Source of the DNA: Eledone cirrhosa | Lineage: Eukaryota | Assembly: GCA_964016885.1 (NCBI GenBank) | Contig: OZ024741.1 | Location: 186,930,001 to 186,994,000 of the forward strand | DNA length: 64,000 nt | Direction of reading: 5' to 3' | In this document: in pieces, positions 1 to 18,595 of the stretch | Layout: the number at the start of each line of letters is the position of its first letter | Numbering within the stretch: the first letter of the stretch is position 1 | The notes under the pieces: generated by a model | Seen by the model: only the letters and a program-made list of their open reading frames with translations | The model's database searches: none | What the model was told of the DNA's origin: nothing | Translations under genes and position numbers: made by a program

Positions 1-1230
1 CACACACAACCCCCTCAACAATGAGGCATTCGGCACCATCCTCCAGAACATTCCTTTACTAAAAAGAGACCCAAGAATGAACAAAATCCTCCAAATACAC
101 AACACCATAAAGAGAAAAAGACAAACTAAATCCATAAAAACATCCTCACACAAGCCAAAATCCAACAAACTCTCACAATGAACCTTACAGTAACAAAATG
201 CGGAAGGCCCAACTGTGGCATATGCATAAATCTAATAGAAGGTTCAGCATTCCATTTTAAACAAGGACAACATTTCACAGTTAAACACAACTTTACATGT
301 GCATCTGAAAACCTAATCTATGTTTTGACCTGCTCAGGTTGTCAAGAGCATTATATAGGACAGACAATAAACAGCCTCCGACAACGTATGACCGTGCATA
401 AATCACAAATCAAAATACAGGAATACAGAGAGACTAGCGTATAGTGAACATATCGCCAATTGTGCACCCAACCAACATCCAAACTTTAAAATTTTCACCA
501 TTTACAAATTCATAGACAACGCTACTTTCATCCATCGTACCAATAAGGAAACGTATTTCATTAATAAATTCCAATCTCTACTTAATGCACTAAACTTCGG
601 ATTAAACTAAAACTGGAACGAACAATCAAACATTTACAAATACCTATGTCTCTCTAAAGAGTTACCTCCCTAACGCCCGACCTAATCCTTTTTCTTAAAT
701 AAATTAAATATCACCCAGCATGAATTACCTTCCCCTGGATATTAACTCTCTAAAAAGGGAAATCATATCAAAACCCAGTCCACCTCTTGCTATATTAACA
801 CATTTTGATCTGCTTATCCTTTAAGAACTATGCCTGTAAATAACATTATTTTTTCTTTCACATATTATGCGTCCCTTTTTTTCTTTTTTCTTTTCACTTC
901 ATAAACCTTGTTTGTAAATTACATTATTCTTTCTGCACCATTTCTTTAACATGTCCAACACCACCATTCTACACCAATACATATTATTATCATTTGATAA
1001 TGCATAAAAATGGTGAAACCGGTAATAGACAATTATTGAATATATAAATAAATATATAAATGCCATTGTTAATTAATAAATAAATCAACTAATACCTTAA
1101 CACTTCACACAAAGTAAAATATTTCGTTTTAATCACTTTCTAACCCAGAAAAAAGAGAGAAAGAAATAAAAAAATAAAAAAATATATTTTTCTTCCTAAT
1201 AATCGTCTTTTTCTCCCTGTTTTCATATAT
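1..1230 (+). mobile_element. Penelope-like element 3' remnant: linker plus GIY-YIG endonuclease pseudogene (1-606) and 3' terminal repeat region
   Basis: ORF 178-444 KCGRPNCGIC...FTCASENLIYVLTCSGCQEHYIGQT...LRQRMTVH is a PLE-type GIY-YIG. It continues past a stop (EHIANC...ETYFINKFQSLLN). The upstream frame THNPLNNEAF...KRKRQ matches the copy at 2580-3295. Confidence 0.9.
991..1028 (+). ncRNA. Hammerhead ribozyme-like motif (type I, U3-A8 core, partly decayed)
   Basis: TTGATAA-T-gCAT-aaaa-ATGg-T-GAAA-CCGG-TA downstream of the GIY-YIG ORF; helix I is only about 2 bp. Confidence 0.5.
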
Positions 1231-1346
1231 ATATATATGGCATATGGCCCTTAAAGCGATGAAATGCCTGGGACGGTTGGAGGGTCACTGATGAAGGACT
1301 TACTTTTTCATATGCACCACCATTTGCAACGCGCAGCCATCATTAT

Positions 1347-3705
<2,359 letters not shown>

Positions 3706-3788
3706 TTCTTTATACTTTCACTCGTGTAGGACACCTCGGTTATTTTTCATTTTGTAAAAAAAAAAACCTCACTTTCTAATATATATAC

Positions 3789-5131
<1,343 letters not shown>

Positions 5132-5135
5132 TATG

Positions 5136-5219
<84 letters not shown>

Positions 5220-5304
5220 CATATATATATATATATTGGAACACAACTCGTCTCTCCGATTGAGTGTTCTATCTATTGAGATATTTATTACAAAATTCAG
5301 CTAC

Positions 5305-5355
<51 letters not shown>

Positions 5356-5357
<2 letters not shown>

Positions 5358-5539
5358 GCGGTGGATTGGCAGTATCGGTAGAGGGTCGGACGCCATGCTT
5401 TCCAGCATAGTTACGTCCCTTTACGATCTGAGTTTAAATCCCGCCGAGGTTGACTTTGCCTTTCATCCTTACGGGGTCGATAAAATAAAGTACCAGTAAT
5501 GCACTAGGTAATTGCTAGCCTTGTGCCTAAAGTAGAAAC

Positions 5540-5547
<8 letters not shown>
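5356..5547 (+). mobile_element. tRNA-derived SINE with Nin/Deu-like core, full copy
   Basis: A-box TGGCAGTATCGG, B-box-like GAGTT(C/T)AAATCC, core GCCTTTCATCCTTACGGGGTCGATAAAATAAAGTACCAG, tail ...AGAAACAATTAT. Confidence 0.9.
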
Positions 5548-5583
<36 letters not shown>

Positions 5584-5768
5584 ATTTAAGTACATACCAT
5601 TTCGTTCAATATTGGCGATCTATTGTTTCTGTAATGGTACAGAAATAGGATAGACAAAAGTAAATAGCAAAGAATAAAACAAAATTGTAGGAAACAACGT
5701 AAACATATAAGAATATCTCTTTAATTCCCCAGTATCATAATAAAAAACGGAAACAACAGTAAAGGATA

Positions 5769-5824
<56 letters not shown>

Positions 5825-6163
5825 AGACAGAAAGAAAGAAGAAGAAACGGGGTTATTACGATACAACATTATAGGGCAAAATGGCAAGAATTTTTTGGTG
5901 ATGGAAATAGAATTTTTCTAGGGCTGTCTCCTCACGTTGAAACCTCTACACCAACGGCAGTAGCAACAACAACAACACACCTAACAAATGCAACAAAACA
6001 AACAACGTTTTCAATGACAGAGTATTTCCTATTTTTGCCGCTATTACTTTTATATCTATTTATATATTCAACTGAGTCATTACAATTACACATGCTATGT
6101 ACATATATATATATATGTAAAAGGTAAACAAAAAATAACAACACAATCGGTACAGTATATGGA

Positions 6164-6253
<90 letters not shown>

Positions 6254-6411
6254 GTGTATATATATATACAATGTGCTAAGTATAGTAAAAATACTGTATT
6301 TTAAGCAGTGGTAACATACGACATAACATCTGTATATGCAAATATCCATATATTGATGTATGAATAATGTGTGCATGGATGTATATTAATCAAACTAATA
6401 TACATACATAG

Positions 6412-6532
<121 letters not shown>

Positions 6533-6533
6533 G

Positions 6534-6915
6534 GTATGTATGTATACGTACATACATATATGTATACAGACGTACAGTAGCATGTATATATATATATATA
6601 TATATACACATACAGGCACACATTCGTTACTGAACTCACTCGATATGCAAATTAGGCTACTCAGCCGTTAATTATCATAAGGAAAGTATATACTTTCGGA
6701 CGTTCAACCATCTGGCAGAATAGTATACGGTGCTGACGATAGCTAACAAGCTTGAAACTAGAACATCGTTCCTGTGTCAGTGTTGAACAAAAAGGTGACG
6801 TGGTTGCCTAAACACTGTACGGCGTAAATCAGGCTGTTCGTTTGTTTACAAACGAACAAAGCGAACATTATAATAAATGTTCGGTAAACTGATACGTGCA
6901 TATATATATGTCCTG

Positions 6916-7008
<93 letters not shown>

Positions 7009-7130
7009 GCTACTGTACGTCTGTATACATATATGTATGTACGTATACATACATACTTACATTTACGTAAGTACCGTACTAAGAGTGAGAAATGAAATTT
7101 CGTTTCATTCTATTCCATTTATATATATAT
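6534..7130 (+). mobile_element. Non-autonomous hammerhead-bearing element (family also at 29280-29910 and 32785-33260)
   Basis: Shared sequence with the other copies; internal (TA)n; hammerhead at 6728-6768 with the cleavage triplet mutated to GAA. Confidence 0.75.
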
Positions 7131-7134
7131 ATAA

Positions 7135-7170
<36 letters not shown>

Positions 7171-7186
7171 TTTTATCGCATCACCA

Positions 7187-7270
7187 GTCTGAAGAGCAGA
7201 TCGATAATGGTTTCGAGTCCATAACTTCTATGGGTGACCCTGAGCTAATCCTCTGCGAAACGCGCATAAC
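7187..7270 (+). ncRNA. Type I hammerhead with long helix II, probably decayed
   Basis: GT-CTGAAGA-GCAGA-(51 nt)-TCTGC-GAAAC-GCGC-ATA-AC; ATA is probably CpG-decayed GTA. Confidence 0.6.
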
Positions 7271-7406
7271 AAATCGATACGCAATAAAAATCTAAATACA
7301 AGTTAACGAAATTTTATCGTCCTTATAAATATATATATATATATATATATTATACATTGATTTTTTTTTCTTTCTAAACAAAAACATAACACATACTTAC
7401 ACGACA

Positions 7407-7475
<69 letters not shown>

Positions 7476-7476
7476 A

Positions 7477-7527
<51 letters not shown>

Positions 7528-7554
7528 ACACAGACACAGACACACACACACACA

Positions 7555-7601
<47 letters not shown>

Positions 7602-8202
7602 TTTTGGATATTGTATGTATTTCAATGAAAATATGAGAAGACCAGGTTTCATTATTGTCCTTTATTATTCATAAATACATACATTTCTGTGGCCGGCTTA
7701 GTTTATGAGACCATGACGTATTACAATTGGTGGCGACAGCCGTTGTTGTATACATAAACGTTTTCGGTAAGTAATCCTTACTGAGTTATAGGTATAAATA
7801 TACTATGAATTGATTCTGAGGCGGCCAGGTTAGCGATGCAATTACTTTGACGGACGACCTCAACTAAATCTTTTATATTCATAACATCTGATTACGTCGC
7901 TGATAGTCTTATGTCAAGGTCTGATGACATAGGTTGGCCACAGAAATACATATTGTATAAATATGAAAAATTGTGTCACATTACAGGAAGATATTGGAAT
8001 CCGGCCTTCTTATATTTTCATTGAAGTATATAACTCCTTTCTTGTACTAACCATGAGATCCCATATTTATGATGAAAGATACGAATAATGTCAAATAATT
8101 TTGCTTATTTCATCACGGTCTGCTGATTGGAATGACTGGAACAAAGACCCAGCTATCTATTAGTTATACCATCCAACGTAAACGGTATATATATATATAT
8201 AT

Positions 8203-8397
8203 AGTAATAATAATAAATTTGAAGACTAAAATCCAAAGAGGGCTCGATAAGGATAAATATATATCAGATATAAAAGAACCGTAGAGCAAATATTTATTTA
8301 AAATAACAGATTAAAGTTTAAGCAAAGAATCGCTGCTTTCACCCTTAACGGGATCTTCTGAAACTAATATCATCTTTGCTTAAACTTTAATCTGTTA

Positions 8398-8404
<7 letters not shown>
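8203..8404 (-). repeat. Short (TA)n-embedded repeat family with hammerhead-derived core (copies near 12225, 17975-18160, 18950-19050, 32520-32605, 55715-55840)
   Basis: Repeated AGTTTCAGAAGATCCCGTTAAGGGTGAAAGCAGCGATTCTTTGCTTAAACTTTAATCTG. Confidence 0.8.
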
Positions 8405-8486
<82 letters not shown>

Positions 8487-8642
8487 TTAAGGATAGTATT
8501 TATGGTTATGTATATACTAAAACTTTTTATAGTTATATATATTTTAAACGCTAAACAGTGAAAGACAGTAATTTATTACTACCTTATTACCAGTAAGATA
8601 AATAGCTCAATGTAATAACATCAGTTGTTCTACAGAGCAGTT

Positions 8643-9818
8643 ATATAGAATTCACAGGAATCAAAGCTATGTTGAAAGCATTTATTTGCTTACAATTGTT
8701 TCATCCAAACCGAGGCTTGGATCCTTCGGAGCATTTTTCAATGTTTGTATACATACATGACCTCCTTTCCAACGCAAGAGACATACAGATACATATGTAT
8801 ATATTGATGTACAGTGGGGTGTCATATATTATATTATTTCTGAATGGCAATTTAAATTCAAAAATTAAAATCACATTAAAACAGAATCAAAGCAAAATTA
8901 AAATTAAAATACAACATCAATGCAAATTTAAAATACAATCGGCAGTTAACGTAGTTAATACAAGGGGATAGTTTGTTAGTCAGTTGTAGTAGTTATTGTA
9001 TGCATTAGTTACACGTGTGGCATGCACGTATGTCTTATTTATATATGATTATTGTTCGGCAGGGTATTATATGTAATACAAGCACTTTAAGCGGGTAATC
9101 AAGAGTATTATGGAGGTTGTAGTGGTAGGGTATTTTTTGTATATGATAAAGAAGCTTGTGTGCAGAAAAATAGTATAAATGAGAAGCAAAAAAATGTTAT
9201 GGTTTTTGTATACACCACCATTTTCACATTCAGGAAACGTAATATATAGTTTATATGTCCTTCACATAATTAACGATGATTCCGAATTGGATGTTTAATG
9301 TATTAAGTTAAATTATTATAGCTTGTTGCGGCTCAGTGTTCTTTAATCCAATTTTATAGAGCAGGTTGTTTCTGTTGCGAGAATTTACATCGTTTTATTA
9401 TCCGGAAGTATGTGTGTGATTAAGGGGAGTTAATGAGTGAGGGGAGAAGTAACTAGCTGATTTCTATAATTAAATTTATTATTCCAACATACATTAAAAG
9501 GTGTCTCAATTGAGTCCCTTATATATACGGTTATATACAGTTTCTAAAAATTTAAGTATCCTATCTTTAATTACAGTCTACTTTAATGTGATTTTAATTT
9601 TTGAATTTAAATTGCCATTCAGAAATAATATAATATATGACACCCCACTGTACATCAATATATACATATGTATCTCTATGTCTCTTGCGTTGGAAAGGAG
9701 GTCATGTATGTATACAAACATTGAAAAATGCTCCGAAGGATTCAAGCCTCGGTTTGGATGAAACAATTGTAAGCTAATAAATTCTTTGAACATAGCTTTG
9801 ATTCCTGTGAATTCTATA
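8643..9818. mobile_element. PLE-like remnant with about 240 bp inverted terminal repeats (8643-8882 / 9580-9818), each with a hammerhead-like motif (8688-8732 -, 9730-9774 +)
   Basis: GCT-CCGAAGG-ATCCAAGCC-tc-GGTTTGGAT-GAAAC-AATT-GTA-AGC; arms differ at several positions. Confidence 0.7.
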
Positions 9819-10479
9819 TATATATATATATATAGTTTGTTCAAATGATCTGGGGGTTCTTTTTTTGTTTTGGAGTATTTTTTGCGAACATGCGCACATT
9901 AAAGCTTCACAAACACCAATCAAAAGAATGTCATTTGTTCCTTCTTTGTATGTATAAGGATGTTGGCCGCACGCGTAAACAGAATGATCTTTGTCACTTA
10001 TTTGCAAAGTTCTTATTATTCGAGCGTTATTATTAATTCAATTTAAATCTAAATTGAAAATAAGTCTCTTCAAATTCTCTATAAAGGAACGAAAACTAAG
10101 GTGAACTTGGAAACATATATTTACTTATTCATTTCATACTTAAATCTTTATCTTTTCCGTTTCTTGGCAATATCATTAAAGAAATACACAGGTCACAGTT
10201 TCGAGTTAAATGAAAAGAAAGAATTGAAAAATAGGTGATCGTAATATGGAACCCAGCTTACTTCAAGGTTTTTCTTTTCATTGCTGATACTCTCTGCCAG
10301 GATTTATATCCGACATATATTATCTGCAATGGATAGACAAATGGGAATATTGTTTCCTTAATCCGATTTCACCATCGGCTCTTCTTATTTTAGTTCCTAT
10401 TATTCTTAAGAATAATCAAAATTTGGAGCGATATATAAAAATATCTATTTATTTATATTAATCTAATGTTTAGAATGTA

Positions 10480-10975
10480 ACATGCGCAGGCCAGTTCCCC
10501 CGACAAGCCAGTTCCTCAACGACATATGGAGAAGAAGCCTGGACGCAGCTGGCTTTCCATCTCAACTGGAGCCAGCAGGCCTAGACAGCGGAGATGGCAA
10601 CCGCCCCGACGGGATCACCCTCTTCCCATTCGAAGAGGGTAGATTCCTCATCTGGAACGCCACCTGCTACAACACGTTCTCTGCCTCCAACTTAGTCGCT
10701 TCGGCCACAAACCCCGGCATCGTAGCCCCCCCCCCCCCCTCGCAGAAGAAGGTAAAATAAACAAATACCGGGGTTTGTCCGACCACTTCCTCTTCGCACC
10801 AGTCGCCATCGAGACCTCAGGCATACTTGGACCCCCGCATGTAGGCCCAAGCCCAATCACCCTCCCCCTCTTCCCTCCTCTCTCTTCTGCGACACCAGAG
10901 CTCTTGCCATCTCTCCCTTTCCCGTTATTTTTCTTCTTTCTTTCCCTCTTTTTTTCTTTTTTCTTACTAAATAAG
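10480..10975 (+). mobile_element. CRE-clade non-LTR retrotransposon 3' fragment (restriction-like endonuclease)
   Basis: LNDIWRRSL...EPAGL..GDGNRPDGITLFPF...LIWNATC; then K..KY.GL...FAPVAIETSGILGP after a frameshift. Confidence 0.85.
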
Positions 10976-11511
10976 GTTTGTTTTTTACTTTTGAATAAAT
11001 TCGTTTAGCATGTAACTTAACAAACGTTTTTTTTTTCCATAATATCATGGTGGATTGTTTAGATTTAAATATAGATACCTTAAGTTATACGGTTTTGTAT
11101 TTTAGGACCGGAAGTGGTCTCAAGCGTGTTGCATGAAAAATTTGAAAACCTTATTAATTAGCAGATATTATTGAAACAATTCAAATCCCGCTGAGGTTAG
11201 TTTTGCTTTCCTCCTTATGGGTCCGATAAAATAAAGTACCAGTATTACACTGGAGTTGATTTAATCGACTTCCTCCCCCAAAATTTCTGGCCTTGTGCCT
11301 ATAATAGAAATCATTATTGAAACAACTCAGAAGGTCACCGACATATCTCGTCATTTCGAACATAGGATGGATGTGTGGTGTGAATCTTATACATTCGTAT
11401 CAAGCTCATGATACGAACCCACAATGACATATTTTATTTTATTTATATAAATATAATATATTTGCTGTTATTAATGGCAGCACAACTAGTTTGTGAGTAC
11501 ACGTACAATCC

Positions 11512-12092
<581 letters not shown>

Positions 12093-12117
12093 TATATATA
12101 TGCCTCCGTTAATTTAT

Positions 12118-12228
<111 letters not shown>

Positions 12229-13067
12229 GATAACAGATTAAAGTTTAAGCAAAGAATCGCTGCTTTCACCCTTATATAGTTGAAGGTACAATGCCTGACA
12301 GTGACTAACCACTTTCATTTCAGTTGATAATCGTCAGTCTGTGTAGTATATGTATTTATATGTACATGTAAATATATGTGATATGGTAATTCTAAATATA
12401 GATGCATGTACTAATATTATACATGCATTCGCATATGTTACCAGTTGCACGCGTATATTTGTGTGCGTTTTTTCTTGTGTATATCCGTCTATATGTTTAT
12501 CATGACATTCATGTGTGCGCATGTGTATGCATGTATGTATATATATATGTATATATATGTGTGTATATATATATATATATATAATTGTGTATTTGTGGTA
12601 AAATCATTAGTAAATAGTAATAATGCTTCTGTCTCATAAGTATATTTGCCATGTCCCATATATTCCTTACTTCGTCACATTTATCTCCTCTCGCTGCTCT
12701 TTTAAGTAACGTAGCCCCCCCCCCCCCCGGCTTTTCTTTTCTTTTCTTTCCTTTTCATCCTTCTTCGTCATCATAATCATTACCCCGCTGAATTTAGCTT
12801 CGCCTTTCATCCTTCCTTGCGGGGCCCATAAAATTAAATACCAGTATCCCACTGGGGTTGATGTAATCGACTTCCCCTTCCCCAAAATATAAAAGGGCAG
12901 AATATTGCATGACATAGGAATTAACATCTACTCTTTTATTGGTTTTAATCATTGGACTATGGCCATGCAGCTGGAATACGAACTTTAAGGTTACAGTCAA
13001 GTTCAATATTTATAAATTCGTTGGTTTTTTAGTGACAAGGCATGCATTTGAAACAAAAATCTGACTG

Positions 13068-13686
13068 CAGTGGATTGGCAGTATCGGTAGAGGGTTGGAC
13101 GCCATGCTCTCCAGCATAGTTACGTCCCTTTATGATCTGAGTTCAAATCCCGCCGAGGTTAACTTTGCCTTTCATCCTTACGAGGTCGATAAAATAAAGT
13201 ACCAGTAATGCACTGTGTAATTGCTGGCCTTGTGCCTAAAGTAGAAACAATTATTAAATCTTGCTGGGGTTAGCTTTGTCATCCTTAAGGCCAATAAAAT
13301 AAAGTACCTGTAACGCACTGGGGTCGATTTAATCTACTTCTCCTTCCCCCCAAATATTGTAGGTCTTGTGTCCTAACTCTGAAATCTTTATCATTATTGT
13401 GATCAACATCATCATTATCATCTTCATATTCATCATCAACATCATATTCATCATAATTATAACCGTCACCAACACAGCGTCATTATCACCAATATTGGTG
13501 GTAGATTGGCAGAATCGGTAGAGCGTCAGACACCATGCTTTCTAGCATAGTTACGTCCCTTTACAGTCTGAGTTCAAATCCCGCCCAGGTTAACTTTGCC
13601 TTTCATCCTTACGGGGTCGATAAAATAAAGTACCAGTAATGTACTGGGTAATTGCTGGCCTTGTGCCTAAAAGTAGAAACAATTAT
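13068..13686 (+). mobile_element. Cluster of Nin/Deu-core SINEs (13068-13255, partial 13262-13390, 13497-13686); partials also at 11180-11315 and 12785-12925
   Basis: Same A/B boxes and core as 5356-5547. Confidence 0.9.
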
Positions 13687-13714
13687 CACCAATATTAACC
13701 ATAATCTAGCCTGA

Positions 13715-14600
13715 ACTGACCTCATCCTCACCATGAACTTGAAGAGCTAGCCTCAATGACAGGTGAACATCTCTACTATCGATAGACAGTAGTCTTTGAC
13801 AGTGATTTTAGTTCTATGTACTCGTGGCCAAGTGAAGTTTGAAAGAACACTTCAAAGCTGATGTTCATACTAAAGTTGTCACAAGCCAACAAGATTCTGT
13901 CAATACTTTGTTGCTTGTTACTGACAGTACTGGCATACTTTACACGATCATCTGCAAAGAGAAAGCTACGAGTATTAGTAGTTTGGAGTTTAATGACTGC
14001 TTTCAGAAATGAAAGATTGTTGGGTCCGCCATACACTCTGTCTGTCTGAATGTATAGTTCCGTAACTCCTGGCAGAGTTTCTTGGGCATTTTAAGCCTGG
14101 TGGTGCCCGTACCTCTCCAGACCTTAGTACAACAGATTTCATCCAGAAAAAGATAGAGAGAGGCAATGAGAGAGGAAATGAGAAAGATATATAGAGGAAT
14201 AATTGACCCCAGTACTAGACTGGTACTTTTTTATTGTCTTAGAAAGGATGAAAGGCAAAGTTGACTTCGGCAAGATTTGAACTCAGAGTGCAGAGAGCCA
14301 GAACGAATACCATAAAACATTCTATCCGACGTTCTAATGACTCCGCCATTGCGCCGCCTATACATTCTGTAATCGAAGCAAACACTTGTTGGATTGTCTA
14401 TGAAGATACATGTAAGTTTTGTCGAGAATACTATATTGAACACTGTTGGTGTTATTAAACATCTCTACTTGACACTGTTGTAGACAGGAAAGTCTGCCGA
14501 TATTTTACCATCGTCAAGAACACGATCCATTATTTTGTCATGAAACTGTCTGACAATATTGGCAAGTTTATCTCAGCAGCCGAATTAGACATGTTATTCA
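13715..14600 (-). pseudogene. RTE/BovB-like reverse transcriptase fragment interrupted by a SINE (14195-14355 -)
   Basis: FGC.DKLANIVRQFHD...ISADFPVYNSVK*RCLITPTVFNIVFS and FLFADD motifs. Confidence 0.8.
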
Positions 14601-15029
14601 GTGATAGAAATGTTCGTATCCATTTCGTTTTCTTTATATTTTGTTATGTTATTGTGACACAGTTTTAATATATAAATTTATCTTAATTTATATAGTATAT
14701 CGTAATAAGAATACAGAATATATGATCATGAACATATATGTTTGTATGTTTCTATATGTTGTCTAACAATGCAACTCGTTGAATTATGAAGAAATAAATT
14801 CAAAACGGAATATAGAAGCCAACCACAGTAAAGATTTATATGCTATATGTTTTAAATGTCTGGTATATATTATCACTTACTTGTTGGAGATTCAATTTGC
14901 AAAATACGAGGTAGATGAATAATATGAATAATATTTTGTTTTGTTTCAAGTAATCAACATCTAGTGATCATTCTTTAAATATTTAATAACATAACCAAGT
15001 TTACTAACCATTATGTGTCTAAAAAATAA

Positions 15030-15220
15030 GGGGCGGTGGATTGGCAGTATCGATAGAGGGTCGGACGCCATGCTTTCCAGCATAGTTACGTCCCTTTACG
15101 ATCTGAGTTCAAATCCCGCCGAGGTTGACTTTGCCTTTCATCCTTACGGGGTCGATAAAATAAAGTACCAGTAATGCACTGGGTATTTGCTGGCCTTGCG
15201 CCTAACGTAGAAACAATTAT
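15030..15220 (+). mobile_element. Nin/Deu-core SINE, full copy
   Basis: Near-identical to 5356-5547. Confidence 0.92.
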
Positions 15221-15467
15221 GTGTCTAAAATATACATATATTATTTCGTTAAAGATGAAATGTTCACGTTGTCTGGACATCTGACTTTCTAAACTGTACG
15301 TAATTTGTCTCCTAACATATAGTTCCCTTTACAAACTAGTGTTACCGGGTTGGATCCCACTGCATTGGACTTTGGGCAAGTAATTCCTGCAACAGCTTCA
15401 GATCACCCAATATCTTTTAACTGAAATTTATTAGACGGGAATTATGTAGAAAGTTGTTGGATATGTG

Positions 15468-15497
<30 letters not shown>

Positions 15498-15500
<3 letters not shown>

Positions 15501-15691
15501 CGAAGGAAATGTGGTAAGGAACCAGGTGGATCATAACGCACCAAAGTACTCAATACTTGAGGTAGTAGAGTGGGTAATAGGAACCAGTAAGACCCCGACA
15601 GCTGAGCTCAAGCCGTTTCGACGGCTAATTCTGGACGCAGAATTAGCCGTCGAAACGGCTTGAGCTCAGCTGTCGGGGTCTTACTGGTTCC

Positions 15692-15694
<3 letters not shown>
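15498..15694. repeat. About 200 bp element ending in a perfect 57-bp-stem hairpin (15577-15633 / 15638-15694); copies at 54108-54304 and truncated 26793-26906
   Basis: Exact reverse-complement arms with a GACG loop; (TA)n on both sides. Confidence 0.92.
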
Positions 15695-15722
<28 letters not shown>

Positions 15723-15883
15723 ATGTGTGTGTGTGTGTGTGTGTATGTGTGTGTGTGTATGTGTATGTGTGTGTGTGTGTGAGTGTGTTATTCTACATTC
15801 CAATTCCACCCTCAAGAAATAACTAAAGAAATAACAAAACGTTACCATTTAAAAAAAGTAGAAACACACATACACACAGGGCT

Positions 15884-15969
<86 letters not shown>

Positions 15970-16440
15970 CACACTTGAATATTTAGTCTAAATATACCAC
16001 ATAACACCGACAGACAAACAAATAGATAGTTAGGCAGACATTTCAGACGTTTCAGAAATAGGGCTCAGTCATATCTGTAGATTTCAGACAATGAATCAGA
16101 AACTATTTTAAGATTATTTCGGCGTGGGTACCAAACGCATAACGGGTGTAACCTGGAAGTGGTTATAATGTATTTCATAACCTTATATTAAAACTGTTGT
16201 ATTTTCGTGTAAAACGTCGGTCGCTCTAGGAAGTAGATGGTACTTTAAATTTTTCTTATGTTTTAAGCTGTTAAATCGTTAATTTTTCTTAATTTCGTAA
16301 GGGTATATTGTTTGGGCACTGTTGCCTTACAGGAATCTAATCTATACTTTAGGCTTTAGAATGATCCATTGAGAACTTTTTAATCTACGACATCAGAATG
16401 ATCAAATCTCGATGTGAATCCTTAAAACATATATATAGGT

Positions 16441-16494
<54 letters not shown>

Positions 16495-16496
<2 letters not shown>

Positions 16497-16785
16497 ACCT
16501 CTTGATGAAGAACTCAGAGCCTCCCAAAAGTCAGCTCAAAAGTGACACAGAGGAGACAGAGGTTAGCTGGACATGCTCACCGACATCCAGAGTTGACATC
16601 GCACTCAAGTGCTCCTGTGAGAGCCCCTGCATGGACACACTGGAAGAGGAAGACCGAAGTTAGCATATGTTGACGCCCTAAGGACAGACACTGGTCTGTT
16701 GGAGATGCAGGACATGGCAGCGATGATGGGGGACAGAGACCGCTGGAGAGAACTCGTCCATGGATCTCGGGAATTTTACCCCCCT
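16495..16785 (+). mobile_element. RTE-clade LINE 3' end; inverted diverged copy at 17768-17962
   Basis: [11 protein letters not shown]...[25 protein letters not shown]...[11 protein letters not shown]. Confidence 0.8.
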
Positions 16786-16786
16786 T

Positions 16787-16903
<117 letters not shown>

Positions 16904-16919
16904 TATATATATAATATAT

Positions 16920-16951
<32 letters not shown>

Positions 16952-16962
16952 ATATATATATA

Positions 16963-17032
<70 letters not shown>

Positions 17033-17038
17033 TTATGT

Positions 17039-17150
17039 GAAGGCGTGTGGCTGAGTGGTTAGAGATTCGCAATCGTAAGGTTGTGAGTTCGATTCCTGGA
17101 CCAGGCGATGCGTTATGTCCTTGAGCAAGACACTTTATTTCACGTTGTTT
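17039..17150 (+). mobile_element. Second tRNA-derived SINE family, head fragment
   Basis: TGGCTGAGTGG A-box, GAGTTCGATTCC B-box, then GTCCTTGAGCAAGACACTT. Confidence 0.75.
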
Positions 17151-17577
17151 CTTCTACCTGGAGTTGCGACCGATAGATAGTATTAGCAATTGGAAAGACC
17201 AACGGAAACATTGTTCCCTCGGTCCGATTTGCCGAAAGTCGATCGTTTCAAAAAAAAAAAAAAAAAAGTATATATATATATATATATACAATGAGGTAAA
17301 GACTTTGTTGATATGTAATCTCCTGAGTTATGTTCATAAATAGATACGAAGCACTCAACTGTTAAATTTATTTGGAGTATTATGATAATAATAGAAATAA
17401 ACGATAAATATATATATATACGGTATATTTTTATATATATATTTTTATATATTCATTTGTAAGCGTGTATATATATTTCTATATATATATATAATGTTTT
17501 TTTTATATTTAAATGTGGGTGTGTATATGTATATATGTGTGTATTTGTGTGTGTATATATATCTATATCTGTATATA

Positions 17578-17656
<79 letters not shown>

Positions 17657-18167
17657 ATATGTATACATATATACATATATATACACACACACATACACAC
17701 ATATATACATACACACACACACACACACACATACACCCACACATATATATATATATATAACTCTCTAAGGCGGGTAAAATTCCCGAGATCCATGGACGAG
17801 TTCTCTCCAGCGGTCTCTGTCCCTCATTATCGCTGCCATGTCCTGCGTCTCCAATAGACCAGTGTCTGTCCTTAGGGCATCAGCATACGTTAACCTTGGT
17901 CTTCTTCTTCTAGTGTGTCCATGTAGTGGCTCTCAAAGGAGCACTGAGTGCAATGTCAACTCAATATACATATTTACTTCTGGGTTCACAGATTGATTTT
18001 TTTAGTTTCAGAAGATCGCATTAAGGGTGAAAGCAGCGATTCTTTGATTAAAATTTAATGTTATTTTAATAAATAATTGCTCTAGAGTTCTTATATATAT
18101 TCTTATATATATTTATCCTTATCGAGCCCTCTTTGGATTTTAGTCTTCACATTTATTAATATTATAA

Positions 18168-18595
18168 CTACTAACAGAAAAATCACCCTTCGGGTGGTTT
18201 TCTGCTAGCTTGTGTAGTGTGTATATTGATATTATACGCAAGTATATATGCATGTAGATATGATACATCAAATAAAATCGTAATTGACAATATACACAGA
18301 AATTGAACGAAGAGTGTGTTACATTGTCTTGTTTAATCAGTAACGTAATCCATGATACATTAAAAAAAGACGATATTATATATAAACTGCATCGGGAGAA
18401 AATTAGTGACGGAAATATATGTATGTTTATTTAGGCGATCGCTAACCGGAAACGTTGACATTTGAAAATTTTAAAGAAGTGAATCTTTAAATAAGTAATA
18501 AAATAAATTTAATCAACAGCCACGAAATTTAGTAGATAAATTATGTAATATTCATACATTATTTATTCAAAGTAATCCAACTTAATTTACTAATG
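18168..18595 (+). repeat. About 430 bp dispersed repeat starting with a terminal hairpin (second copy 24033-24428)
   Basis: CTA(A/G)CAGAAAAA(T/C)CACCC-TTC-GGGTGGTTTTCTGCTAG start; the two copies align throughout. Confidence 0.75.

Noticed and set aside
7715-7775. TTACA-AT-TGGTGGCGAC (LTR end plus PBS-like) and a GGTAAGT donor-like site
   Set aside because: No second LTR or gag/pol; all three upstream frames contain stops.
12305-12342. CTGACGA...GAAA motif on the minus strand (similar ones at 4360-4395 - and 31780-31812 +)
   Set aside because: Helix I and/or III do not pair; at most decayed hammerheads, so not counted.
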